Assembly: GCA_900128585.1 (NCBI GenBank)
Contig: LT642151.1
Span: 1-64,000, forward strand
DNA from: Stramenopiles sp. TOSAG23-3
Lineage: Eukaryota
DNA: 64,000 bases
Direction of reading: 5' to 3'
This document shows positions 32,249 through 42,977 of the stretch, piece after piece; position 1 is the stretch's first letter; each line of letters opens with the position of its first letter. The notes beneath the pieces are model-generated. The model searched no databases, was not told where the DNA came from, and was given only the letters and a program-made list of their open reading frames with translations. The translations under genes were made by a program, and so were the position numbers.

Positions 32249-32674
32249 GTTAAACCACTCAAGGTTAATTTGATGTTAAACCATTCAACGCTGTTCGTCT
32301 GATATGGAACCGACGCCAGACTCCTGAGGACCTTGTCTTGAAAAAAGTTCAGGTGAAGATAGTAGGGTCAACATTTCTTCGTCCGACGGCGAGCTGTCTA
32401 TCTCGGTTGAGGACTATTTTTTTTAAAAAGCTCTTTTAAAGTAAATTTTAATATTTTTATGCGCCATAAAACATTTAAAATACACACTCTCTACGAATGA
32501 ATTGCGAGTAAGAAGCGAAAAGCACGAACTCTATGTACCTCTCTCTCTATAATTTCGAAGAGGTGTCACAGATCCTCTACATAGTATGATATGATACACA
32601 CTCTATCTGCGTCCGTCCCAAAATTTACATGATTTCCAGGCGACCCAGCCTGTGCTTCTTTTCTTTAAGAATTT

Positions 32675-34429
32675 TTACACGAGACGAAATTTCCGTTTTT
32701 TGGAAGGACGAATATTAAGAATGTTGGGTTCAGCATCCTTGCACTCTCTATCATTCGCCCCTGATGGCTTCGTGAGCAACGTTTGCATGTGAACATTTTT
32801 CTTGGGGTGTGTCGTTTCCATTTCAGCGATTTTTCTCGCCAATTTCACATTCTGGGTTGGGGTTAACCCAATCGTTTCAAGAAAGGACCTTAGCTCATTC
32901 GAATACTCCAAAATCTGTTTTTGCTTTTTTGCCAATGCTTTATCCTTGGCAGCCAAGGAATTGTCCATCTCTGTTTGGATTTTTTTCTTGGATTCAAGTT
33001 CCTCCCGGAGCCTATGAGCGAAGCTGGAATTTTCGCTCTCAACTTTCTCCAAACGCTTCTCCAAAACGGCCTTATCCTCTCTTAAATCGTCCAGTAGGTC
33101 CTCAAGAGCGGCCTTTGAGTTTTCCATGTCACTTATAATTTTTTTCTTGGACGTTAATTGAAACATACACGCCGAAACATCCTGCTTGTACCTGTCATTT
33201 TCGATTTGTGCACTGTTTAGTTCGGTCCGCATCTTTTGCACATCTTGGCTTATATTTTTCTTTTCGTGAAGAAGTTGGCTTTCCAACTCTTCAATGCGCC
33301 CTTTGAGTGTTTTAATCGTTCTTCTACTATTTCGCCTTTCTATGGAGCTCGACGATGACAGCTCCTTCGCCTCCTTTTTAAACTTTGAAGACATTTGTTC
33401 AAGATCTTTTTTACTCTTTTTCACACTCTGTTTGCTTGAGGATAACTGCAATTGGAGCGTCTCCAAACGCTTGTATAAGTATTCATTTTTCTTATCTAAG
33501 GTTTCTTGACTTTGATTCTGGAGCAACAACATTTTTCGTTCGATCTCCACCTGGCTCAATAAGTCTGCAATGCGCTGATTTTTCCTTCCGATTGTTTTCA
33601 AATTATTATGTTTGGCTTTAGTCAATTCCTCGTTTTTTCCTTGGAGTACGCTCAGCATTTTCAGTTGGGTTTCTACATTTTTTTGCTCCTTTAGCTGCTT
33701 TGAGAGGATTTTGGCTTCTTCCTTCAGCTGGCTGATTCGTTTCTTTGACTTTGCCTCGTCCGTTTGAAGCCTTTTGACGGCATCACGTTCTATTCTGAGC
33801 TTCGCTACGTTTTTTCCCGCTGCTATTTTAAGATTATGAATGGCTCTTTTCAATTCCTCGTTTTTGTTCCTTGTTACGTGTTTCTGGTCGGTTCGTTCCT
33901 TTGACTTTGCCTCGTCCGCTTGAAACCTTTTGACGGCATCATCACGTTCTATTCTCAGCTTCGCTAATAAGTCTTCTACGCGCTGTCTTTTCCTTCTAAT
34001 TGTTTGTTCATGATTACAAATAGCTCTTTTTAGTTCCTCATTTTTTCTTTTTTCCTGTTCGCTCAAGTCTTGGAAGAACCGAGACTGAGCCTTCATACTC
34101 GACGCATACGCCTCTTTCACATTCAACCTATCTTTTGCTTTTTCTAGTTGCATTGAGAAGAGAATGCTTTCGCAATTCAACTCGTTTATTCGTTCCTTTG
34201 ACTTTGCCTCGTCCGCTTGAAGCTTTTTGACGGCGTCCCTTTCTTTCCCCAACTTTACCACCAAAAGTTTCTTCTCTTCTACTTCAATTTCTAACCGGCG
34301 CTCTGCGCTCTCTAAAAGCTCTGACAAAACTTTCGCTTCATCGTCAGAATTTCTGGAAATACGCCTGGGAGGAGCAATTGCCCTTTTCCGACTGCTTTGT
34401 TTTGGCCGTTCACAGGCGTGCTCGGCCAT
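32675..34429 (-). CDS. Uncharacterised basic coiled-coil protein with three internal repeats and a C-terminal NLS-like motif
   Basis: RDAVKKLQADEAKSKER, RDDAVKRFQADEAKSKER, RDAVKRLQTDEAKSKKR; KNEELKRAI repeats; ends RPSKKRKFRLV. Confidence 0.75.
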   Translation of the reverse strand: MAEHACERPKQSSRKRAIAPPRRISRNSDDEAKVLSELLESAERRLEIEVEEKKLLVVKLGKERDAVKKLQADEAKSKERINELNCESILFSMQLEKAKDRLNVKEAYASSMKAQSRFFQDLSEQEKRKNEELKRAICNHEQTIRRKRQRVEDLLAKLRIERDDAVKRFQADEAKSKERTDQKHVTRNKNEELKRAIHNLKIAAGKNVAKLRIERDAVKRLQTDEAKSKKRISQLKEEAKILSKQLKEQKNVETQLKMLSVLQGKNEELTKAKHNNLKTIGRKNQRIADLLSQVEIERKMLLLQNQSQETLDKKNEYLYKRLETLQLQLSSSKQSVKKSKKDLEQMSSKFKKEAKELSSSSSIERRNSRRTIKTLKGRIEELESQLLHEKKNISQDVQKMRTELNSAQIENDRYKQDVSACMFQLTSKKKIISDMENSKAALEDLLDDLREDKAVLEKRLEKVESENSSFAHRLREELESKKKIQTEMDNSLAAKDKALAKKQKQILEYSNELRSFLETIGLTPTQNVKLARKIAEMETTHPKKNVHMQTLLTKPSGANDRECKDAEPNILNIRPSKKRKFRLV

Positions 34430-34894
34430 TTGAGGGCTTATATTTGAGGTGTTCCCTTGTTGTAACCAGGTTTTTGTAAAGAAAAAATACTTTATCGCAA
34501 AGAGATAAATAAACTATGGTCGTTCCTTTACGGTATTGTTCAAAGGACTATATATTCGTCCGTTCGATTGAACACTCACACAATGATGTACTTTCCCATT
34601 TCAAAAAATACAATCTCGAAATCCGATTATAATATAATTAAAATGATGCCCCCTTCGCTTCTTCTTTTTTGTTTTTTGTTTTTTTGTTGTTGTTGTGTTG
34701 AGAAGATGAGAATATTATAATAGTTATAATATTATTATTATTTATTGCGTCTCTCGTTGTTGTGTATTACATATATTAATAATATTAATATTAAGACTCT
34801 TCTACTATCTTACGTAATAATCCTAACTTGATTTTTTAATTTTGTTTCGTTGATTGTCGAATGCCACACGCTTTTCGGAGCTGCTTTGCATGGT

Positions 34895-35080
34895 GAATCT
34901 TGACCAGAACTTGGGGAGGATCTGCAAAAGGAAGAGATGTTGTTCTTGAACTGACACCTTCTTTTTTCTTTTTTATATAATTTGTTTTTTAATTCTTCGC
35001 TATAAAATAACAGCCAAGAACATACTATAAAATTTGTTTTTTCAAAATAACAGCCAATTTTCTTGTTTTTAATATAATTT
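34895..35080 (-). repeat. Modular intergenic repeat; right arm of the inverted pair, abutting the MFS stop codon
   Basis: ATCTTGACCAGAACTTGGGGAGGATCTGCAAAAGGAAGAGATGTTGTTCTTGAACTGACACCTTCTTTTTTCTTT plus two AAAATAACAGCCAA motifs. Confidence 0.9.
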
Positions 35081-36927
35081 CAATACGCAGGCGCGAGCTC
35101 GAGGCTCTTCTCAGGTTCCCCCCCCTGGTCCCCTGCTTTGTCGTTGTCGACAACTTGGTGATGTCTGCCTTGCGTCTTGTACAGACGCTTCAGCCGGTCT
35201 CCTTTGATTGGGTGATAAAACACAATTGCAAGTACGACCAATTTCATAATTGGTAGCCCGAGCAAGTACGTGTACCAAACAAAGTAAATGCAATCTTCTG
35301 ACATGTCCTTTGCAGCCAAGCGCGTGTCGCAGATTGGGTTATTTCCTACCAGAACGACACTTATTACGATAACTGAAACGGTAGAGCCTATTGCAATGCC
35401 AAAATTTAGCAGGCCCACAATGACGCCTTCGCGACGCTTTTTCCCAATACCAAATTTGTGGCAATCTTCATCGATTTGCCATCCTCTCACGCTGTTCCAC
35501 CAATAGTCATACGGAGAGTGCAGCATCCGTGTCAAAGCATATGCGATCAAAAGGCCGTGGTAACTTCCAACTTCGTCCCGCTTCGTCGGTTGGTCGACAA
35601 GTATTGCAACAAAATTGCACACTGCACACAAAGCGCAGCCGAGAATTTGCATGTTTCGTGGGTTCCTCGAAAGTTCCCGTCCCTTTGGGTTGACTTTTCC
35701 GTATATGTAACCAAACAGACCCGCTGCGATGATTTGAGTGAATAAACCACACAAAACTGTCAAAATGTACCCTGTTCCCGCATCTTTCGCTGGCACAAGT
35801 TTCACAATGTTTAAGTAATAAATAATTAGACCGGCTTGCAATCCCTGCCAAATCTGGGAAACAATAACATTTGCAAAGTTCCACCTCATTGCATCGTGAG
35901 TCCGCAGCAGTTCGTACCACTCAAACATGAAGAAGCGAGGCTTCTCTGACGACGGCTGCCGTGCATCTTTCAATGGAAAAACTGCCCCGATGCCCAAGTA
36001 GGTGCTCAGGAATCCGATCACGCCCGCCATCCACCGCGCCCTGAGGGCGCCATCGCCAGAAGGGTTAGTCCCAAATTCGCTACTGTTCTGAACGATCCCC
36101 GAAGTAATGACGGGAACGCTCACTCCTAAAATGGCAACCACAACACCTAAAGATGTTAGCTGGAGCCTCTCCTCCTTCCAAGGGTAAATTTCTATGCTAC
36201 CGCTGATATAAGAGGCATTGATGTTTTCAAAGCACCACATCCCAACAACAAAACAAAGGAACCAGTGGACCGCTATTCCTGGGTCCGAATACGCACATTT
36301 CCGAACGCCATCCTTAAAAGGCCAACAAAAACTCTGCTCCGACACCAACCCTTCGCATATACCTATGATTTCTTTTGCACCGTGCACCTCCCGGTCCCCC
36401 GATAGGGCAATAGTTTCGTTGAAAAAGTAAAGGGATTCTCCAGCCACGACAATGGGGCTCGAGCACACCAAACCATTTTTGTTGTCCAACGTGAAGTTGG
36501 AAGGGGAGAGCTTGGCGGTGTCGTCTACTTTCAATGCCATGTTCGCCCAGTTCGGAGGCAGCCATACCAGCAATAGTGGGAGGCTCATTAACGGTATGTA
36601 TACAAGCATGTGGGGGGCCCGTCGTCCCCACGTTTTTCTGGGGCACTTGGCCTTTTCAAAAACACTCTGACAGCACCCCGAGTCTTGAAAGTATCCAGCA
36701 AAAGCCGCAAAGAGGAGTGCTAAAAAGCCTGCTACCAACTGTAAAGTTCCAAATAGATTTCCATCTGCACGAAACGTATTCACCATAATCCCGGCAACTA
36801 TGGGAAGCCCAATCTGGCCAGAAAACGCAGACCACAACAACGTGGCAAATAGAAGTTTGTAGCCGCATACTTTGTGCCCACTATCTTCGTCCATCCCAAT
36901 CGCCCTTGTTTTCACAGGAGGTTCCAT
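35080..36927 (-). CDS. MFS_2 / glycoside-pentoside-hexuronide (MelB/MFSD2-like) transporter
   Basis: About 12 TM segments; WGRRAPHML, EIYPWKEERLQL, IDED...RREG. Confidence 0.8.
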   Translation of the reverse strand: MEPPVKTRAIGMDEDSGHKVCGYKLLFATLLWSAFSGQIGLPIVAGIMVNTFRADGNLFGTLQLVAGFLALLFAAFAGYFQDSGCCQSVFEKAKCPRKTWGRRAPHMLVYIPLMSLPLLLVWLPPNWANMALKVDDTAKLSPSNFTLDNKNGLVCSSPIVVAGESLYFFNETIALSGDREVHGAKEIIGICEGLVSEQSFCWPFKDGVRKCAYSDPGIAVHWFLCFVVGMWCFENINASYISGSIEIYPWKEERLQLTSLGVVVAILGVSVPVITSGIVQNSSEFGTNPSGDGALRARWMAGVIGFLSTYLGIGAVFPLKDARQPSSEKPRFFMFEWYELLRTHDAMRWNFANVIVSQIWQGLQAGLIIYYLNIVKLVPAKDAGTGYILTVLCGLFTQIIAAGLFGYIYGKVNPKGRELSRNPRNMQILGCALCAVCNFVAILVDQPTKRDEVGSYHGLLIAYALTRMLHSPYDYWWNSVRGWQIDEDCHKFGIGKKRREGVIVGLLNFGIAIGSTVSVIVISVVLVGNNPICDTRLAAKDMSEDCIYFVWYTYLLGLPIMKLVVLAIVFYHPIKGDRLKRLYKTQGRHHQVVDNDKAGDQGGEPEKSLELAPAY

Positions 36928-37468
36928 GGTCCCACAACGTGCGAACTAAGTCACTTTCAAGGGAAAATCTAAATGAACATGACCAAGCTTTTAAAGTAAG
37001 GGGCAGGGGGGTGGCGAATACACTTATCTTGATTCGAGTTTTCTACAATTAATTCTTCAAACTTGTAATTATAAACAGACAGCGAGCCGGTATTTCAATT
37101 TTTGTTTATATTTTTTGTTTATATTTGTTGTTGGTGTTGTGGTGTTGTGTATGGTGTGGTGATGAATAATGATGATGCTCTTTTCTTCTTCTTCTTCTTC
37201 TTTCTCTTTTTCTTCTTCTTCTTCTTTCTTCTTCTAAATAATTATTATAATACCTGGTATCTTCTTCTTCTTATTATTAATAATTTTTATTATTGGATTC
37301 AAATTTGAAAATTGTAGTGTGTGATGGACTCTCCACTTTCTTCCAAGAAGAAAAGAAATCATGTTTTTCCTTGGTCATTTAGTATACATGTATACACCAA
37401 TTCAGTTTCATAAACGACGCAACCAATATTAACCTGCCTTTCACTAAATAAGTTTGGTGCGTGTGGCA

Positions 37469-38371
37469 ATGGCAAGCCTTTCTGGTGATCCCAACACGCC
37501 ATTTCTCGTTAGTGAACACTCTATTCAAGGACGCCGTCCTCACCAGGAAGACCGCGTGTTTTCTTCTTATCTTTCCAAAACAAGGGGCGAAGCCTTTGCA
37601 TCAACCGCATTTGGGAAAAGAGGGTACAGTAGGTGTTCAATTTTTGTAGTGTGCGATGGGCATGCTGGCGACAAGTGTGCTAAGTTTATCGTTAGTCACA
37701 TAGAAGACTACGTGTGGCAAGCCCTTCAGCTAGCCAAGTTCCCGACTACGGATGAGCAAGAAAGTGAAACCTTAAAAGTGGCAATGAAAAGTATATTAAT
37801 GGGCATCCCAAAGCGGTTGGACGAAGAGTATTTAGCGGTAGCGCGCAAAAGTCGGGAAAAGGATGGCTCCTGCTTGCTTGTCTGCTTAATGTTGGACGAC
37901 AATTTGTTTTTTATAAATGTTGGTGATTGTAGAGCAGTGCGAATAAATGGCGGAAACAGCGTGTCCCAAATCACGAGAGACCACCGCCCAGGGTTAAATA
38001 AAGAGGAAGATCAGCGGATCAAGGACGCGGGGGGTGGTATATCAGACGGAAGAGGGGAAAAAAGGGTCTTGGCGAGGGGTATGAGGATGGCGATTAGTAG
38101 GGCCATAGGCGACCGCCTGCTGAAAGGTGTCAACAATAAGCATGATATTATTTCGAATGAGCCCGACTTGTTTTATGTTAAAATAACTGGGGATCTCAAA
38201 TACGTTTGCCTGGTGTCGGACGGGGTAACGAGCAGGTGTAGCAACAAGAAAATATTGGAAGTGCTAAGGAAGAGAGCAGGCTCCAACCCTGCGAAAGCTC
38301 TCGTGGAATGGGCGTACAACAATGGTTCAATGGACAATATCAGTGCCCTTGTACTGCAGTTTAAGAAGTGA
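37469..38371 (+). CDS. Protein phosphatase 2C (PPM family)
   Basis: QGRRPHQED, VCDGHAG, NVGDCRAV, DHRP, SRAIGD, LVSDGV, GSMDNIS. Confidence 0.95.
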   Translation: MASLSGDPNTPFLVSEHSIQGRRPHQEDRVFSSYLSKTRGEAFASTAFGKRGYSRCSIFVVCDGHAGDKCAKFIVSHIEDYVWQALQLAKFPTTDEQESETLKVAMKSILMGIPKRLDEEYLAVARKSREKDGSCLLVCLMLDDNLFFINVGDCRAVRINGGNSVSQITRDHRPGLNKEEDQRIKDAGGGISDGRGEKRVLARGMRMAISRAIGDRLLKGVNNKHDIISNEPDLFYVKITGDLKYVCLVSDGVTSRCSNKKILEVLRKRAGSNPAKALVEWAYNNGSMDNISALVLQFKK

Positions 38372-38583
38372 GATTTTTATCACTCGCACGCCCGGCAGCT
38401 TTATTTTATTGCTGCTACCGCCGTACCGTGAAGCTGCTGCGCGGTGTTGTGGTATCGGCTAATGCATTTTGTACTTGTAGTAATATTTACGTACATAAGT
38501 TGGTATTCCCGTACAGTAAAACCTTCTTCCTATAATAATATAGTTTTAACGAACGCCCCTCATCATCCAGACAGATAGATAGA

Positions 38584-39207
38584 TCAGAGCACATTGCAAA
38601 AGGTAGACTTCTTTTTCTGTTCCCTCTTTACAGTAGCAATCTCATGCCACTCACCTACCGCCGTTAAAAGGTGAAGCCGCGGGATCCCACTTACGTTACT
38701 ATCCCCACACGAATCTAGAACATACTGTACGTCCTCTTCTGTTACTTCCACTTCCATGCTCATTCCAGCCGCCCCTCTGGCTTTGTCTTTCATTAAAAGT
38801 TCCAGTTCGTCGGCAGTGAGAAACCCCGATTTGTCCTTATCGTATTTTTCAAACAATTCATCTAGATATACCTTCTGCTTTAGGTAATGCCGGTACTTGC
38901 TGACAACACGAGCCAAGTTTTCTGGACTCACTTGAAGGTCTTCGCCTTGTGGGTGGTCAAGGTCTTTAAACGCACGCTGGAGCAAAAACTCTCCAATGGT
39001 ATCGTCAACTTCACAGTCTGGTTCTATATGGCGGAACAGTTTTGCGAGTTCATATTTATCTAACGAGTTGCTATTGTCTATGTCGAACATCTTGAACCAC
39101 CCCTCTACCTGTTTGCGTTCTTTTACCAGTTTTTCCTCCCTCTCTCTCTTCTGCCTTTCTTGCTTGGCTTTTCGACGCTTGGCGGCTAGGGCCGCTGACG
39201 CCGCCAT
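38584..39207 (-). CDS. EF-hand calcium-binding protein with polybasic CaaX tail
   Basis: DIDNSNSLDKYE, DKDKSGFLTADE; ends KKKSTFCNVL. Confidence 0.85.
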   Translation of the reverse strand: MAASAALAAKRRKAKQERQKREREEKLVKERKQVEGWFKMFDIDNSNSLDKYELAKLFRHIEPDCEVDDTIGEFLLQRAFKDLDHPQGEDLQVSPENLARVVSKYRHYLKQKVYLDELFEKYDKDKSGFLTADELELLMKDKARGAAGMSMEVEVTEEDVQYVLDSCGDSNVSGIPRLHLLTAVGEWHEIATVKREQKKKSTFCNVL

Positions 39208-40425
39208 TGTTCTTCAAACACAAATAATAAGTGTGACGGCGCAGCCTAGAGAGGAAAAAGAGCTTTGCAAGTCTTTAAATCCTCTGTTACGGTTGGTTCC
39301 CACAGAAGCAATTAGTCTTGATAGTTCATAAATTGTTCCCCTCTCGATTATTATTTGTATTATATTATATATTCATACAGAAGAAGAAGTGGTGTATTAT
39401 TAATTAATATTACCTTGGTAATATAATAATAATAGACGACTAGTCGTTCTATTATGAGCAGAAGATGATGATATAATAATAATATTATTTACGGGGGGGG
39501 GGTAAGGAGGATGGTTAGCAGGGAAAACCCTAAACAACAAAAAGGAGTTTGAGTTTGAGTTTGAGTTAGAGAGTTTGAGTAAAGAGAACAAGTGAAAAAA
39601 AAAGCTCTTCTTCTTCTTCTCAACGAACATATTTTTTTTTATATTTTTATTTGACAGGAGGATATATATAATACTGTAACGTTATAATATAAATAAATAA
39701 TAATAGTCCAACAACACAATCTTGTATTATAACTCTGTATAATAATAAAATATTAATACTAACCTCTTACCTCGCACTTGGTTCCCGCAAGAGGTGCAGT
39801 TTCTTGAGCATTTCGTTCTTTCGTATAGTTGTAGTAGTTCGATAGACGATTCTGGGGGAACCGTTTCTAAACTGCGAGCCTGTTGTTGATTTGTACATAG
39901 GCTATCGTATCAGATAGAAATTCTAATAATTTAATTAGGACTAAATAATAATATAATACCTCCTGTGCATGTTGCTACCCACCATCAAAAACCGTTCTTC
40001 CAGGGCCGCGGGGTAAAATTAATTAATTATTATTATTAGACTATAAAAAAAAATATTATTATTATGTTGTTATAATATTATTTTTTGATGAGAAGAGAGG
40101 AGTAAGAATACGAAGAAGAATAGAAGCAGTAGTCGTCATCTTTCTACTACTACTATTTTTTTTGTGCTCTGGTTTCTACATTACGTTACTACATTCCTGA
40201 CAGTTAGCAAGAAAGAAATGCATAGTAACAAACCTGGTGCAGCCAAACATAGACTTGTCGATTTGTAAAGCAACGTTAAGATTTTCTAAATAAAGATTTG
40301 GTCTGGGGGCGAAACTAGAGTTGTGCGGAGGGGACACAGACCGTGTATATACTTTGGGGGGCGCGTACTCCATTTTTGACAGCCGGTAGTGGCGGCGCTG
40401 GTTTTTGTTGTTTGCTTTTAAAACC

Positions 40426-42201
40426 ATGTTTTGGAATGAGTCTATGAAAGGAACAAGGCTTGCACCAGATTTTCGTGGCTCGAGCACTTTACGTTCAAAT
40501 GTAAAGCACACTTATGCCGTAGAAGAGCATGGAGATTTTTTCGGTAAACTGCCCGGTGGAAGGGAGCCTTTGCACCCCAACGCGAGGTTTCATAGGAGAA
40601 AGTTGGAAATACGAGCTTTTGCACCAATGCAAAAGCCAGACCATGTTGATTACGACCACTTTAAAACCCTCCAGGGCCAAGTGGAGGGGCGAAAAGGTGG
40701 TCGATTTTTGCTGGGCGAACGCTTTAGCAGCCAATCAAAATTAACAAATGGCACGCCAGGTCCAAAATATAATATTGTAGAGCAGAGAGGTGGTTATTCG
40801 GGGTACGTCGCTATGTCACGGCCGAGGGATTTGGCCCAAAACGACAGTGTTCCTGGCCCTGGTCAGTACGACGTATCGTCTAAGCAGACGACTTGGACAA
40901 GCGGAGAATTTGGAAAGGGGCTTGGACGGGACGATGACCCGTCTCTGAAGAACAAATGGGCTGCGGAAACACCTGGACCAGCCGACTACTCCGCGCGGCC
41001 ACAGCGTGTTTTCAAGTCTGGGAAATTCGAAAAATCGGACCGAGGAGGGAATGAAAGAGAGCTGAGGAACAGTGCATCCCTGCCCGGCCCTTTGCACTAC
41101 TACGGGTACGAAAAATTTGAAGAACACGATAACATTAAAGGTGGAATAATCACCAAAGGCTTTGTGCCGACTAGCCATGATCTTAAGGTCATAAACGCCG
41201 CGAAAGAGCCTGCACCGCACGATTATGGAAGGGCCTCCATGCCAGAATGCACCCCTGGAGGGTTTATACCCAAGGATCAACAGAGTGATTGGGACCGCAA
41301 GTTGGCACATAGTGCATCGGAGCCTGGACCTCTCGACTATCAGCCATTTTCCGATAAAACCAATGAAACATTCCGCGGTGGCGCTTTTGACAAATCCGAT
41401 AGAATGAAAGCAGACGAGGCTGAAGTTCACATCACCCCTGGGCCGAGCGATTACAAGGTGCAGGAAATTAGGCCGAGTCCCCATGGTGCCCCATTCGGAA
41501 AATATTCAGAGCAGCGAAACGTAGACCCCCTGGCAAAAAATGCGGCTGAGATACCAGGACCGCAAGACTATACATTGCCGAGCACAACATCGAGCATTAA
41601 AGCGCCAATGCTGAGTCGCGCAGCAGACTACGACGAAATCAGACGTTGGAACGATCGAAACCAGCCCTTATACTATGATACCCGCTCTTCACACAAGTAT
41701 TTGGAACCGAAAAACAGCTATAAAATGTCTGCACCTTCAACTTGGGAGCCGACCCCATTTGTTACCCCAGCGCCAGACCGGTACAAACCAACAGCGACAA
41801 CAGTTGGAAGCTTTGGGGCCATGCGAATCGGGGTAGGAAATGGCTCGTTTGCCGTTCACTTTAATGCCCCAGCTGCGAGGATACGATCACGCCTGGAGCC
41901 ACCCTCTACAGACCAAGGCGGTGGGGGGCCCGGCGTTTGTCGGTCAGATGGGGCGTTCGGAAAACGCGCGCACGCATTCCCCCCCTTGCCTTCGCCAGAC
42001 AAAATTATAATGAAAGGGTCTCCCCCACAGAGCCCTGGGCCTACGAGCTATGATGTAAATTGGCACAGCATAGAGACAAAATTGAAGCAACTAATGTGGA
42101 AAGAATCTGCTCAGAAGAAAGCAAAAATTTCAAAAGCAAGGGTAAATACGTGGAAGTGGAGACAGAAAAATAGCGGGAGTGAGATCATTTATAAGTTTTA
42201 G
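40426..42201 (+). CDS. SHIPPO / sperm-tail PG-rich repeat (ODF3/STPG-like) ciliary protein
   Basis: At least ten PGP-x-x-Y-type repeats (TPGPKY, VPGPGQY, TPGPADY, LPGPLHY, EPGPLDY, TPGPSDY, IPGPQDY, SPGPTSY). Confidence 0.85.
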   Translation: MFWNESMKGTRLAPDFRGSSTLRSNVKHTYAVEEHGDFFGKLPGGREPLHPNARFHRRKLEIRAFAPMQKPDHVDYDHFKTLQGQVEGRKGGRFLLGERFSSQSKLTNGTPGPKYNIVEQRGGYSGYVAMSRPRDLAQNDSVPGPGQYDVSSKQTTWTSGEFGKGLGRDDDPSLKNKWAAETPGPADYSARPQRVFKSGKFEKSDRGGNERELRNSASLPGPLHYYGYEKFEEHDNIKGGIITKGFVPTSHDLKVINAAKEPAPHDYGRASMPECTPGGFIPKDQQSDWDRKLAHSASEPGPLDYQPFSDKTNETFRGGAFDKSDRMKADEAEVHITPGPSDYKVQEIRPSPHGAPFGKYSEQRNVDPLAKNAAEIPGPQDYTLPSTTSSIKAPMLSRAADYDEIRRWNDRNQPLYYDTRSSHKYLEPKNSYKMSAPSTWEPTPFVTPAPDRYKPTATTVGSFGAMRIGVGNGSFAVHFNAPAARIRSRLEPPSTDQGGGGPGVCRSDGAFGKRAHAFPPLPSPDKIIMKGSPPQSPGPTSYDVNWHSIETKLKQLMWKESAQKKAKISKARVNTWKWRQKNSGSEIIYKF

Positions 42202-42456
42202 CTGAAGTAAAGACTGAGAGGAATAAATAGAAAAGAAAGAGAGTGTACAAGAGACGTCGTTGTTTAGTTTTCATTATTGTCTAACTATTTCCTTCCTATG
42301 TAAATAATACAAACCCATTATATATATACATATCTTCATTACTTCAAACGTATTTGTAATAAATAAAAATATACATTTATATACGTAGTTTAGAAAATAT
42401 CATTTGACTTGAAGTTGTGAAAAAATCATCAAAAAACAAAAACCAACAAAATATTA

Positions 42457-42655
42457 TAAGAAAAGAAGAAGAAGAAAGAAGAAGCAGAAGAAGAAAGAAG
42501 AAGAAAGAAGATAGAAGAAGAAGAAGATAGAAGAAGAAGAAGAAAGAAGAAGAAGAAGAAAGAAGAAAGAAGAAAGAAGAAGAAGAAGAAAGAAGAAGAA
42601 GAAAGAAGAAGAAAGAAGAAGAAGAAGAAGAAGAAAGAAGAAGAAAGAAGAAGAA
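42457..42655. repeat. (GAA)n/GAAA microsatellite tract
   Basis: About 200 bp of imperfect GAA repeats. Confidence 0.95.
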
Positions 42656-42977
42656 TGCCTCTTCTTCTTCTACTACCTCCGTATTAAATATAATAGTAAT
42701 ATTATACGGTAGTAGTATATAAAAATAGAGAGTAGTGGAAAATTAGAGAGAGAAAAAAAATCTAGATAAAGAAGAAGGAAAACTTCTGTTAGAATTGAAT
42801 GCAGTTAAAAAAACAGGTGTACAATCAGAATCCACTATATCAACCCCGTTTGTTTTTCAAGAAACGAATAAGAAAACGCTGCCTGCTTGCTCCATAGTAT
42901 ACATATATTTGCCTAGTGAGTGTGAGTGTGCGTCGTGTTTCTTTGTTTCTTCATAATACACCATACAATACCTTGGG

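Noticed and set aside
32285-32415. Minus-strand frame SSTEIDSSPSDEEMLTLLSSPELF.. as an extra exon of 32675-34429
   Set aside because: No convincing donor or polypyrimidine tract, and the upstream ORF has its own stop.
34897-34971. Repeat arm as a tRNA, snRNA or 5S gene ending in a T-run
   Set aside because: No cloverleaf, A/B boxes or recognisable snRNA motifs. An unknown small RNA is not excluded.
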